A stretch of DNA of 64,000 bases from Chlorokybus atmophyticus (GCA_009103225.1 RHPI01001965.1:511114-575113), one strand, 5' to 3'. Counted from the first letter of the stretch, positions 9,832 to 24,028 are shown. Program-made: numbers and translations. The notes: generated by a model not told the origin, from the sequence alone.

Positions 9832-12800
9832 ATGCTGTGTATGCGTCCAATCACCTCCAGTGCGGCAGTGGTAGGTGCCGGCCCATCCACTAGCTACCAA
9901 TCCTGTGGCCCCTGCGCTGCCTATCGCAAGGTTGGGGAGCTGCTTCTCTATGTCAGCTGTGCGCTACTGCGTTGATCACTGGTGCATAGCGAACAAGGAA
10001 CGATTGCACCCTCATGGTTCAGTTGGCCAAGCACTGAGTTTGCATTGCATGCGACAGTGCTAGTACTGCAGCACAACGTTCCATGTCACACCTGAAGCAC
10101 TCCACTCCTGTCTGTGTTTTTGCTTCACAAAACTATGTGTGTGATTATGTACACCTATCCACACACGTAGTTGCAGACACTGCAATTTGCAGGCATACAT
10201 GAATGATGGCACTTGAAGTGATGTCCAGTGCGTTGCAGCTATACATCGCTCGAACATTGTCAGTCATGAGGCTGTGCTGGCAGCCGCTAGGCAGGCCATG
10301 TGCACAGTTGTAATTATTTACTAGTAGTGTACACAGCAGTCGAGCCAACCAGGATACGCACAGTGCATGCTCCAAGTCGTGCTCAATCTCGCCAACTTAT
10401 GCCTTGCAAACCTGTGTTGTGCAGCAGGCTGGTCGTTGTCAACGGGGCCATCGTTCCCCTTCAGTAGCTTTGTCGCTAGTGCACAGTTGTAGATATGCAC
10501 CCTTGAGACGATTACACGAGAGCGCTGTCACAAGGGGCAGCTGGCTTGGCAGCACAGCCTCTTTGAGCTTGGACAGTAGGTGGCAGCTTCCTGATAGTGG
10601 TAGTTGCTTTGCCAAGCATAGGCGAAAGCAAATTGCTACATCCACGCAAGCGGTACTGCAAGAAATTGCAACTGTGACTGAGGTTAGTGGTTGTTGCCAA
10701 TGCATGCATGCTTGAGCTCGTAATATACTTGTAGCATTATTCCCCTACACATACAGGTGATAGATAATTTGGGTTACGACACATTGACCTTTTTAGCAGC
10801 GACCGTGTTGGTCGTTCCCGTCTTCAAGGCGCTAAATGTTAGCCCAGTGCTGGGCTTCTTGCTGTCTGGGTTCGCATTGAACCAGCTCGGTGTATTCCGC
10901 AATGTCAAAGATATCGAGGAGCTCTCAGAGCTGGGCATCTTGTTTTTGGTAAGAGTTATTTGATGAGTTGTGCTCAGTAAGTGCGTGGATTGACTTGCTT
11001 GCACATAGATGCAAGTAATTTGGTGACTCTCAATGCCAGTACTACTTGGTTGCAGCGCTTATCACTCCTGTACCAGTCCTCTAATATCCTGTTTTGCTGC
11101 TTAGTTGTTTGAGATGGGTCTGGAGTTGTCTCTCGAGCGACTCAAAGCCCTTGCTAAGTATGCGTTTGGACTAGGTGTCCTTCAGGTTTGCAGAGTTGCT
11201 GGTTGTCTGCTTCCAATGCCTTGTTGGATACAATGTAACAATGGCACTGACGTTACATATTGTCGCAGATTTTGGCGTGCACGCTCATCTTTACATTGTT
11301 TGAGTCACCCCCCAATGCTGCCATCGGCACTCAGATATTGCAGCTTCTTTTTCACGCAACACCAGATTTGGTCAACATCCGTACTATTGATGAAGCAGTT
11401 GTCATTGGCGCTGCTCTGTCTCTCTCATCTTCAGCATTTGTTCTGCAACTGCTGTCTGAAAGAGGAGAGCTGGCCACGCGTGTAGGTTCAGCAACCTTGG
11501 GCATACTGCTAATGCAGGTACGCAAGTGCCACACAACAGTGAATTACCCAGGCTTCAGTTGTGTTAATGTCAGCGTTGAGGTTTTAAGACTTGCATATGC
11601 AACCATCCAAGCATGCAGTTAGGTGCGTCTCGTTGCCCTTTGTTTGTCTTCTGTTGCGCGGGGTGGGGGGGTTGGGGCATGTCTTCATGCGTGCGTGAGT
11701 GCTAGTGCACGGAAATGTATGTGTGCGCTTACGATTGCACAGTTTTTGTACTACAGCAATTAGGTCGCTGTGCTAAATTTTGATGGCAACCGTGGTGTTT
11801 CTTTACCTCGCACAACTGATTGTTCACCGTTGCAGGACATTGCAGTTGTACCTTTACTTGTGATACTGCCTCTCATTGAGGCTGGACCTTCTGGGGCATC
11901 AGCTGGTGGTGGACTCATGTTTTATAAACTTGCAACCACAGCACTGAGGGCACTCGGGGGCCTGGGTGCACTCTTGTTAGCAGGCCGCTTTGGGCTTCGC
12001 AGGCTGTTTGAGGTAAGCACCAGCAAGTCACAACATACTTAGAGTTTCTTGACCAATGAAGCACGTCTATACTTAGGCTCGCTCTGATGACAAATTCTGA
12101 GCGCAATGCAGGTGGTTGCAAACTCAAGGAGTTCAGAGACTTTCGTGGCCCTGGTGCTCCTGACCGTCGTGGGGACTTCCATATTGACTAAACAACTAGG
12201 TTTCAGTGATACACTGGGTGCCTTCCTAGCGGGTGCAATTCTTGCGGAGACCAACTTCCGTACACAAATTGAGGCTGACATTCGGCCCTTCCGCGGCCTG
12301 CTGCTTGGATTGTTCTTCGTCACTGTGGGGACCTCCATTGATGCGCAGGTTTGTTTGTGCAGTGGTTGGCTCTGGGTCTGCTTGCCAATGCCATGTTGAT
12401 TTGCACATGCCTGTCAATTACGATTAAACCCCAGCTGTCGATCACGAATTGCACAACATCCTTAATGGTAGCTTTGTGCCAGCGCTTACCTTACTGCTTG
12501 TGCAGCTATTCATCAAAGAATGGCCGAATATATTTGCCTTGCTTGCTGGCCTACTTGCAATAAAGACAGCGACCATTAGTGCCCTGGGCCCTGTGTTTGG
12601 CCTTTCGCGGGCAGAAAGTGTTCGCACGGGCCTGCTGCTCTCTCAAGGAGGCGAATTTGCATTTGTTGTATTTTCTCTGGCCAATAGGTAAGCAGGCAAT
12701 CAGAACACGCTACAGGTACTAGTTATGAAAGTTTTGAAAAGTACCTTTAGACATATGATGCATGTTGCAGGTTAGATGTCTTGCCAGAGGAGCTGAACCG

Positions 12801-14770
12801 ACTGCTCATCATTGTGGTCGTCCTTTCAATGGCGTTGACGCCAACCTTGAGTGATGTTGGTCGCTGGTTGGCCCGCCGCATAGAGGATTGGGAGGCGACC
12901 CTGCCACCACAACCTGGTATGCCCGCACCCTCCTCAGACTGGACCAATCCCATGCAGCACTGCGTTCAAGAACCGATCGTCATCTGCGGTTTTGGCCGCC
13001 TTGGGCAGGTTTGTTGCAATATTCTTGCTCCTACAGTGGCTGTGTGACGCTCTCTGTATTTTTTGCCAATCCTTTCTGTTATGTGGTTGTTACCTGATTC
13101 ACACTGAGAGAAGCGCACGCAACCTTGCTATCAAGCTGTACAAGTGAATGATTTTGAGCTGAATGGGCACAGGTGTTGGCCAACTTTCTGTCCTCGCCAT
13201 TGGTTGCAAAGGGAGGAGATGCTAGCGCATTGCCGTACGTTGCATTTGATTTGCAAACCAGGCGGGTTCAGGTGAGTATTCTGTGCTTGACTGGCGTCCA
13301 AGACCGCGCAGTCCGCACTGTACTTTAAGTCAAGCCGGTTTTGGGGTGCTAGCTCACACTGGTTCACAATGTGGGTTCTGATGCAGGCTGCCCGAAGACT
13401 TGGTTTCCCAGTGTACTATGGTGATGGCTCCCGCGCAGATGTGTTGCGCACGGTAGGCATCAAACGCCCAAAGGCCATCATGGTAATCTACACAAGCAGG
13501 AGACGGGCTGTAGACGCCGTTGAAAACCTGCGTGCTTCTTTTCCTTCTGTTCCCATCTATGCAAGAGCCGGCGACCTGAGTCATCTGCTTGAGCTGCGGG
13601 ACGCTGGGGCCACTGAGGTGGTGCTTGAGACTGTTGAGGTGAGGTATACGTGCATTGTATACCCTGGGCATCAGCAATGCGTTATATTCGCCTGCGTCTC
13701 TGTGGCATGCATTGTTGCGTAGGTTGCACCTTCAAGCTTATGCGAAGGCCGCATGGTAGAAGTGCTGGAGCAGTAGTCAGCCTGTTCTGAGCATGACGAT
13801 GTGTGTTATGTTGCAGACCAGCTTGCAGATGGGGACACTTTTGCTGGAAAACGAAGGCATACTGTCATATGATGTGGCCTTTTTGCGTGAGGCTTTGCGT
13901 CAATCAATGGAGATACGAGCCAGACAGCATGCAGAGACGGAAACGGAGCGGACATCTGCAGATGACATGCAGATGTATGCTTCCAATCAGGTGCGTCTTC
14001 AACTTTTGCTGTGGTGCTGTATTACTTACTAGTAAGTTCTTGTGTATGGCTAGTTTTTTTCCCACCTATTCAAAGGTCATTGCTGCGTGTGGTACTGGTT
14101 GGATGTGGCCCACGTGTCCTTGGATGAGGGGTACAGCTGTTTCTGATAGCGTTCTGAGTTAGTGGTGGAAAGAAGTAACATGAATTTTGTGTGATTGTGC
14201 TTTGGCAGATCACCGCAATCGCAGACAAATTGGCAGTAAGCCCCCGGCCAAGCGACACTGTTGCACTGGCAAGCATGCTTGTCAGTCGGGCGAGCAGGGC
14301 TAACAGACCAATATCAGCAGCCGATCTAAAGCAGCTGCCCAACGCAATGGGCACGGCGCTTGTAGCAAGCGCAGCCATGAATGGTGCTGAGCAGCAAGCC
14401 AGCCAGAAAGACGACACCAGCAAGCACTTACCAGAGGTATGTGGTTCTTTGCCATGCGTCACATCCATGTTGTGTCTATGAGTGCCATGAGCCACACCTA
14501 CAAGGGCCTCGTGTGCATGTTTGTGTAAGACACCCTATTAGCTGCCAAGATAATTAACATTGCTTACAGCAGCAGGACAATGGCGCCCACCAGACAAACC
14601 AGCAGCCACGAGAGTCAAGCACACCTCCAAAAGTGGATCATGGTTACCGGTATGACTCTTCCGAAGATGAGCGAGGTGTCAACTTTTGCAACCTCAATGA
14701 AGGGGAGCAAGACGACTGGCTTGTTGAGGGGGAAGAGATTGATGAGAATATGGTCGCTGGGAGAGGGTGA
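9832..14770 (+). CDS. KEA3: Thylakoid K+/H+ antiporter (CPA2 family with KTN/TrkA-N domain)
   Basis: Exons encode VIDNLGYDTLTFLAATV, LFEMGLELSLERLKALAKYAFG, SLSSSAFVLQLL, DIAVVPLLVILP, GFSDTLGAFLAGAILAETNFRTQIEADIRPFRGLLLGLFF, SQGGEFAFVVFSLA, PIVICGFGRLGQ and GFPVYYGDGSR. The Ser/Arg-rich transit-peptide exon 10428-10683 splices to 10757. The start at 9832 is inferred (donor aag|gttggg, phase 0); stop TGA at 14768-14770. Confidence 0.92.
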
Positions 14771-15992
14771 AACGGGATGAGTTCAATTGGAGGTAGAAAA
14801 GGTCGATTGACGTATACTCTTGGCAACGTAGTGCGTATATATAAGTCGCACAACACCTCTGAGCTCCTTGCGGCTACTATGAGAATAAGCCAGGACGATG
14901 GCGCTTGTGGTAAAGCTCGCCCCATCATGATATTATATGCCAGGGTATAAGCGGCGACTTTACACAGCAACAATTACCAGCGCTAACTGATAGACAGACT
15001 GTGAAATGACAAAATCACAGGTTCAAACAAGGTGTATGCACGGGAAGAATTGGAGCAAGGTATGGTAGTGCAGGTCTGCCTGCGTGTGATGGTCTTCATG
15101 TGAGTACACGCCTAACCTCTTGACCTTAGCCTGTTGTTGATCGCCATCATGGCCGGCTTAAGTATGATGATAAGCATCATACATATATGCGTATACGCTT
15201 GCTTGTGATTGATTTAATAGTGGGTATCATCATGGTGAATACATCCAACATGCAAGACGCGCAAGAATCTTCGCATCATCTCATGTTTGCATTTAATGAC
15301 CACATGCCATTAACTTGTACTCGTCGCCACAGATGGGCCATTATGCTCTCAATTGGTTGATTATCATATACACATCCACATGTATGTATGTACACATAGC
15401 TTCATCCGCATGCATACTCACGCTCTGTATCAGTGAACATCTTAAAAAGAATGATGTATGTGCTCACTGTGTCACATCATGATGAAGGTCACATGTACTA
15501 CATGTGTATAGCATATGCATAGAGTTACGAAGTAGACATGCAACTGTTTCATATTGCTCGATATACATCCGCATATCCTGCCCGCAATGTCAACACTTCA
15601 ATTTTGTTATCCCATTAAACTTTTGCAGAGTCTTTGCTGTTGAAACCCCGCGCGATGGTGAAACGGATTAAACTTTGCTATTGGTGCTCATAACTTAACA
15701 AATCATCATGTTGACCGATATCAGATACGATGATATCATACGCGAGGATACTAGTCGCATATCATATGTATCATCCATATAATGCAAGGTTTTGAGTTTG
15801 CTGTGGTAAATGCATAAGATGTTATCAACATCTTATTCAGTATATTGAATCAGATGTTGAAATGCATATGGTATTACCGCTTTGTGGCATTATATTGCTA
15901 ATATTTAAAATTCACTCGGCACATTTCTTGCCACACTCCTCTGGCTTGCATCACTTTCACGATTTTAAGTAATGCATGGCATGTAATAAACT

Positions 15993-16115
15993 TGTAACAG
16001 CTTGCCGACTATCACGCTGACGACCCTTCAATCCTCTACCCCAACACCCACCGCCAATGACAAGCCTCCAAAAGCACCCTCAGATAGCGTGGCGCTGCAG
16101 GTAGCAGAAAACTAA
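15993..16115. mobile_element. Degenerate solo LTR fragment related to the LTR at 42318-42428
   Basis: Both copies begin TGTAACAGC and share ccttcaat.ct.taccccaacaccca, gcc.atgacaagcct and gcgtggc...agcaga.aact. No PBS lies beside this copy. Confidence 0.6.
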
Positions 16116-17664
16116 TCGACTCTCATATGTGAACGGAGCTTTTTATATCACAAGTATATTTCAATACTGTATCTCGATGTCGAACTCACAACAAAATGTC
16201 ATCCCTACAAATAGGATTGCCGTTAGAGATCTCACGTGAGCCAAGCGGAGCTCAAATAATAAATGATAAGGTCCTCAACGATCATCTTTGTGTGATATCG
16301 ATATACGGTGCCTAGCGATGAGGTACAAAACTTGACATCTGACTATAATGATTGCATATATGAAATAGGACAATAGGCTTAATATGTGGTTCTACACGCA
16401 TTGAGACTTACCAAGGCTATACAAAATGTAACACCAAAATAAGCAATGAACCGTAAAACGCAAGTACTACCGTATTAATGTACTTACTTCATAAGAATTG
16501 TGTTCTTTTTGTATTATTTTAAAATGCAAGATACCCCTATCATTATTGCTCCCATTACCAAAATGGGAGTATGTATAATATGCAGCTTAGCAATGCAGCT
16601 TATAAATGGGGCCTTCGCCAAATTCATGGTTTAACTTTATTCCATTATAATAACACGATGTGATGCAATGTGCTTTGATGCCCCCTCCCCCGCGCTCCCC
16701 CCCGCTCCCGTAAGGGGCCCCCTCTCTCTCGCTCCCCGCCAAAGTATGCTTGTTACACTATCAAGTCTTTTTTAACAGTTGAGGAGCTAAGTCATGACTA
16801 CCTCACATGCCCGATGTGTCTTCATGAAACTGCACCTTGTAGGCCCTTACATTGTGGTGTTTCCAATGGTTGAAACAATTCATGATCGGATCAAGTGTTT
16901 ACAATTGGTTTAACAAGAAATTGTCACCTATAGCGTTTAGTCTTTCCATGGCCATTCAAAAGCCCATCACTTAAGAGGCTTGCTGCTAGACTCGCTAACA
17001 TCATCCATTATTGAACATATTGCTATGTGACTACGGCAGCTTCGTTATACACATGCATGCATCATCGTACGCAATTCATCAATTGTTCAACACCTTCTAT
17101 ACACATGTGCACTGTACACATTATTTATCTTGATACGCGCAAGATGCTGTATGACAACTTTGGTGTATGTGTAACACGTTTAATTTAAAACTCGGCTTAC
17201 GTAGCTTCACAAATCCATGTACACGTGTTTTCTGCCTTTGCACTCTATGGCAAGTCAACCTCTGTGTGTGAGCATTAAATCGATTCATACTTGCACATAT
17301 CGACCACCACTGATTAACTGCATTGATGTGGCAAACACCACTCAAGTGGAGTTGTCGCAGTATCTCGCATTATATCGTGCAAAAGTGGCAAACTTGATTG
17401 CTGCTGTAGCCCATGTAATGCACATCATTACTCAACACCGATGGAATGAGGGTGGTTATTTGCAATGGCTGAACTCGCACTGCATAAATGCAGCTCGTAT
17501 CTAGCTTACTATTGAACAGGGAACTACAATGGGTCCCTTTGCACGACCAATCCATCATCACGTTGCACAATGCAACAACTTTCACGTAATGGTATTAATT
17601 CAAATATCATGAGAGTAAAAGGTGTGCATCTACAGCCTTTCCTGGTCTGATAAGTTGTGTAGTT

Positions 17665-19574
17665 TTAAACCTTTGAGCTACCGGTAGTGTTCAGTTTAGC
17701 TTCCGATCTACGATGCACAATCTCCGCAGCGAGCTTCTGACCCAACTTGGTTGTAAATCGACCTAACAACCGTGGCAAGTGTCAGCTGTCATGCACTCTG
17801 CAGCTTGATACAAGAACAAGGCTGCAACGCATGATATAGCACAGCTACCTGATGTGGAGGTGAAGAACTCTGAGAGGTCTCGTCCTTGCGCTGCAGCAAG
17901 CATGCCGAGTTCAGTGGTGCCTCACTGCCTTTCAGCTATGTACTGCGGGGCGACTGAGTATGCAGCTGCATGCAGTACGCACCTTGCTCGTACTCCGCGG
18001 CTTGTAGTATCATCTCCAACTACAGTTGCACGCTTTATGTCAGCATACTGAAGCAGCATGAGGGTAGACAAGTTGACAGATGTACCTTATCGAAATCCTT
18101 AACTAATTGTGCTTCCGGTGTGATTCCCTCCTCGTACTCTTTCCACAGTTCCTCAACAAATGGACCTGTAGAGCAGCGCTTCATCTCTTCATCATGAACA
18201 CGCAATGGGCAGAATGCATGCAAACAGCAAATGAAGCTAACAGCACTAGTAGCATACTGACTTGGACGGTTGCTGTTCAAAGGCTAGCAATTCAATAACT
18301 GCTTCAGCACTCATAATGCATAGTACCAACCCACTTGCAAGGCTTACAGCACAAGGCGGAGCGAAAGACAGTTCAGGCGTCACAATATTTTGTTCATACC
18401 AACCTGCAAACCCGGGGCCTAGCATCTTGTTTATTTCTTGCATTGCCTGTGCTTCCAACCGGCTTTTGTCCTCTTTCTCAACTCCGTCATGTGGTGTTAT
18501 GTCACCAACAATTGCTGCCAACATGCGTGATAAGCTAAGAGTCATGTTGGAGACCGCAGGATACTACCACCAAATGAATGAAATGCTTGCAGACGTACTA
18601 GTGACGCGAGTGACACTCAGCATATGTACACATCCGTCTGACGCGACTGATTGCATGTAGCTCTGATGAGCAGACAGACAACTGCCCATTTAAAACTGCC
18701 CAGTCCAGCAAGCCTACCCTCTGCAAGATCGTGAACCAAGGCGAGCTGTATGCACCTCTCTCTGTTCACGTCAGCGTCAGGAGAAAGGACGAGGCCCATC
18801 ATCGCCATACGGTACATATGATCGGCGATGGACTCTGGCAGCGCTATGTCGCAGCGACCCCAGCCTGCCCTCTTGGTTGTCTGATTGAGCAGTTGATCGT
18901 TGATCATTTAGCACGCCACCACATGTTATATAAAAGGACCGTGCAAAGGCCTGAATGAGTGGTTTAGAGCGCATGGCACAACATGCCATCAAGGCAATAC
19001 CATGCATGGCCGTTGTTAACAATGGCCATGTGAGGACATTCTGTGCAAACGAGGAACACAAGCAACACGGTCTGCTCGGCACTGCACGCGGTTTCGTAGT
19101 TGCTTGTGCTTAGAAAGTTCAACAGCCAGTAAGTAATCTGAGATGCTTAGCACAGGCTAAGCAATGCACAAAACAGTAATGAGGACAACAACAAGGTCTT
19201 CTCCTGGCTATCAATATTGACTGGCTCACCCAGCGCTATTGAATACAAACAGTCTGTATGACATGGCTTGACTTCTGCTAGCAAGTTGTACAGCAATTGC
19301 TTGAAATCAAAACAACTGAACTTGCCTTCAGCCTGCCGCAAAGCGCAAGGAATTCCACCATGTGAGCGGCGTCTGGCGTTCCGCCACTCCCGGCCCCATC
19401 CATGCCAGCCGCTGATCCGGACTGAGCAGCAGCACAGCAGGACTTCAAAGCTCCCTTCCTTCTTTGCCGTCCAAGAATACTGGGTATCTTACACTTGAAA
19501 TCCACAAACGGTCGCGCTAACCCTGCTGCTGCTGCCGGTGACTCCCCTGCCGCCGCCGGCAACAGCGCCAGCAT
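17665..19574 (-). CDS. HDDC2: HD-domain 5'-deoxynucleotidase (HDDC2/YGK1-like)
   Basis: Exons encode MVEFLALCGRLK, TTKRAGW, ESIADHMYRM, RCIQLALVHDLAE, AIVGDITPHDGV, ELWKEYEEGITPEAQLVKDFDK, LEMILQAAEYEQ, DLSEFFTST and GRFTTKLGQKLAAEIVHRR. First in-frame ATG at 19574; a second ATG at 19403. Confidence 0.92.
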
Positions 19575-19813
19575 CAAGCCTGCCAGCAAGCTACCGCTTG
19601 CTAGTGCCACCGCGTTTGCACGTGGGTTGCATACTGCTGCCCGGCTGTGATTTCTTGTTGGATGCCACAGCGCGCATCCACGCTGTAGGTGCGAGCAGTC
19701 AAGTTGGCGTCGCCGGCGTCGGTGGCGGCAGCGGGGCTGCCAGCGATTGCGGCAGAGGCGATGCTGCTGGGACCCTGTTGACAACAAGGTGCTGCTGTAG
19801 ATTGCAGCCCGTC

Positions 19814-22800
19814 ATGGCGTTAGACACGGACGTCAGCGCCCGCTATGCGCTGCTTGAGCTCATCGGCAAAGGTTCTTTCGGCAACGTTTTCCGCGGGTAC
19901 GTTGCTGCTTGTTGCCACTGCTGTTTTGCATTGCAAATTGGTGCTCAAATAGAGCTTATGATAGCTTGGTCTCCTTGGCTTGCCAAAGCTGCGAGTCAGC
20001 TGCTGGGTGTTTGTCGATTATTGCGGTTGACGTACACATACACAAGTTGTGTTTGACTATTGCATGTGTGGCATGCAGTCAACAACATGTAATGCCACAG
20101 TGCGCGATGTGACATGGTGGCCAGCAAGCTTAGTCAAGCACAGTATAGCAGCAAATAATGCGGTCTCGTCGATAAACTGTGGATGATGGCGCGTTGGAAT
20201 GCGCACATATGTGGATGACAGTTAGTCTGAGGACGCATTCACAACCGCGTCAAGATTGACATGATTATGTGTACGTCCTGCTGTATGCAAACCAATGGAG
20301 CTTGTGTGATGTTGTCAACCGTATCTGCTGCCTGCTTGTGTTAGAACCCACCCATCACATGAGATCTATTGTAAAGTGTTTAAGCATGCATGCTTATACG
20401 CGACGTGTGCCTATCTTTTTAGGATTGAACGTGCAACGAAGAGAGAAGTGGCGGTCAAGATTATCGATCTTGAAGAAGCCGAGGATGAGGTTGAGGACAT
20501 ACAGAAGGTGGGTTGAGTTTGCCAACCACTTTGCTGCTAACATACGCAATATGAATGTCAGGCAATGCAGCCGAGCTCACAGTAAGTAGTTTTGCAGGAG
20601 ATCGCTGTGCTATCACATTGCCATTCACCATATGTCACTGAGTATGTCGGCTCATTCTTGCAAAAGACAAAGCTGTGGATTGTTATGGAGTATATGGCTG
20701 GTGGCTCCATAGCTGACTTGGTGCGTGATACATGCAAGCTACTTGTGCTCGCTATCTGCCCTGAAACTGACGTCGATTTTGGCTTCCAGCTTGAAGGCGG
20801 TGCTGTGTTGGACGAGGCCTCCATTGCAATGGTCATGCAGGATATTCTTTATGCATTGGAGTACTTGCACAGTGAAGGCAAGATACACCGCGACATTAAG
20901 GCTGCCAATCTTCTTTTGTCTGATTACGGCATCATCAAGGTGTTGCATTGACTGGATATACGGTTGTAATGGATTTAAAGGTCAAGTGGAGTCTCCTGCA
21001 GGCTGAATGCTGTTTGAGAAAGGAACTTAATGTTGGTTGTGTGTAAAGGTCTGCGACTTCGGGGTGACCGGGCAACTGACACAGACGATATCCAAGCGCA
21101 AGACTTTTGTCGGCAGTCCCTTCTGGATGGCTCCTGAGGTTATTCAGCACTCTGAAGGCTACAATGAAAAGGCGGACATATGGTCGTTGGGCATCACTGC
21201 TATTGAAATGGCGAAGGGGGAACCTCCCTTGGCTGACTTGCATCCTATGCGTGTGTTATTCATTATTCCAAAAAACAGCCCACCGCAGCTGGAAGGTCCA
21301 TTCTCAAAGCTTTTCAAGGATTTCGTCAACCAGTGCTTGAGAAAGGCACCTGATGAGCGACCAACCGCCAAGGAGTTGTTGAACCACCGCTTCTTGAAAA
21401 CCGCAAAACGAAGCACACTGCAGGAACGTGTACAAGAACGCCTAGCTGCCAAAAGGAGCTCAACGTCCACAAGCATGGCAGCAGGCACTGGCACCGTGAG
21501 AAGTAACACGCTACGACGCGGGATTGCCATTGACTCCACCGTGGTCTCACCCCGTTCCAACTCCCGCCCAACGTGGGACTTCGGGTCCTTAAAGCGAAGC
21601 AGTGCGTCTCCAGACTTGGTCTCTCCTCCGCTTGCAACACATCACAGGTATTGCATATTGTGCTGCATGGTTTCTGCCATGTCTTCTGCAGGTGTGCGTA
21701 GTATTATGGTATCAACCGCAAAACCACCATACTCAACCCTCTCCATGTACCAACCACCTCTGCTGTACTGTTAACTGATTGGCATCTGTGATTTAGGACT
21801 GGCAGTACTACAACCGAGTTGCAGCCGCCTGCTCAAGCACAAGTGCCGCGTGATGGAACAGTAAGGAGTACGTCAAGACAGGCAGCTTTTGACCTAAATA
21901 AAGACGAGCCTACCTATGATGTTGTCAGACCTTACAGCCCTGCCATGGGAAGCACTGTGCGTGCTACGCGCTCACCACTGTTGACGTGCAGCAATGTGGA
22001 AGGTATGGGATGTGATGATAATCAAACCAAGGCTGGCACACCTTGCTTGCAAGGCCTACGTGAATGTCTTGCTGGTAACATTGCTGTTACAGAGCCACAA
22101 GACAATGCTGCAGAAGGGGGTGAATCAGATGATGCTGATGCCGGCCAGACTGTCCGGGTGCGCGTTCCACCGGCCGCGTACAAGTCTGCAGCTACGGCGT
22201 TTGCCTACGAAACCATAAAGTCCACCATTGTACATCGCAGATTGGCCAGCGGTGAAAGCATAAGCCTTGGCAACGCAGGTTCCAGCTCGGACTACAGCGC
22301 TGCTGTTGCATCTATGGGCGGTCCAAAGGTAAGTAGTTGTGCATTCTGCATTAGTCGTTGCGCCACTCCATCACATTACCGCATGCACAGGTTGCAAAGG
22401 TCACAACCGCATGGTCTGGTGATGGCCACTCGCGTGAGGCATTACCAGATGCCCCAACAGAAGCATGGAAGAGTCCGACGGAAGAAGACGATGATGATGT
22501 CGACGGCTGGAGCACTGTCGTTCAACGTGGGCAGAGGGCTGGCCAGGTGATAGTCATACAGGTCTCATACGCAAAGTCATGTCAGGTTGCGCAATTATTG
22601 CAAAACCCTACCAGCTGCAGGCACTTTAGTAAAGCTTCTATATGGCGCATTCAATTTATGTGCTTGCGTGTTGCATTACTGGCAATGCCAGCAGAAATGA
22701 CTCAAAGTCTGCCCGGTTGTCTGTCGCCACAGATGTGTTGATTGGGCATGTTGTTACAGCCATAACATGCATACACTTGCAGCGGCGACAAAGCGGCGGG

Positions 22801-24028
22801 AGTGTTGTTGAGGCCGTCAGCAGCATGCGTTCTCGTGCCTCGAGTTTCACTGGCTCTGCTAGTCTGCTGCTGCTGTTGTCTCCGGCTCTTGCTGAGGTCA
22901 GAGACAATTCGTAACGGATCACACTCTGTTGCAGCTGCATGCAATCATTCGGTTTGTCTGTATTTTGGCAACTGCTCATACGGCATACTGCACTGTGCGC
23001 AACACTGGTTCAAAACACACACACCCGCCTTTTGTTTTGATGCAGTGTTTTGTACTCTGCTATCTGAAGCACCCAAGGCCATAGTAGCGAGTCTGTGATT
23101 GGCATTGGACCAAACACATCGTGTTGCATCTATCTCATGTCATTTCATGGGAAAATTTTCAGTTGATGAAACCAAGTCAATCCAATAAAGTACAATCATG
23201 TCATATACAGGAGCCACAAGTAGAGCTTTACATGCATGTTATGCACAGCGTGCGCACGCGGTCGACATTGAGTGAACAATCCATGAACGCCCTGCTGCAG
23301 TTGGTTTAAATGACAGTGCACATGCCTATTAGGTCGCCAAGTCCAGTGCAAACGACAGCCGAGGACCTGCTCTGGCATCTTCAGCAGCAAACACGCTGGC
23401 AGAACTGGATCGCGTTGTGCCTGGAGCATGCGATATGGTCGTGGAAAGCGTGCTGCAGCGGCTTTCAAGGTTTGGTCGTTATGCTGTTGGAGAGAGCGTT
23501 ATATTGTCGGAGAGAGCGTTATATTGTTCCAGTAACTGTTAGGGCTTGACATTGCCATGTGGGTTGCTATGACTTAACCCAACAGCGCGTGCAGTGAAGA
23601 AGACCCTGCCCTCCATGACCTCAGAATGCACGCGCGCAATGCATTGCACCCTTCCAGTGCGATCAATTCGATCAAGCATGCAAGCCCGCCCAGCCCACCG
23701 ACGCTTCCAGTGTCTCCCGACATGTGGCCCTCAGACAAGCACTCCCTGCCGTCACCAGTAGCCTCGCCAAGCCCAACAATCCGTCCGGCGGCAGATACTT
23801 CTGCCACACGTGCTCGCCGCAGAGCACATTCTGCACAAGACGCTACACCTGGACCAGTGGCCTCCTACTTGCTGTCAAGGTGAGCACCTTCATGATCAAC
23901 CGAACTGGTGTATAACTTGAGTGGCAACTAAATTGTCGAATTATCAAAGCACTTTCTGCCGCTTAAACATCTGGTTACCAAAGGATTAACTCATTGACAG
24001 GTGGCAAATGCAAGTAGCAAACGCTTGA
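19814..24028 (+). CDS. STE20/GCK-III-type MAP4K Ser/Thr kinase (plant MAP4K-alpha-like)
   Basis: Kinase motifs [89 protein letters not shown] long low-complexity C-tail ends YLLSR|WQMQVANA* (last exon 24001-24028). Internal tail exons are approximate. Confidence 0.93.
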
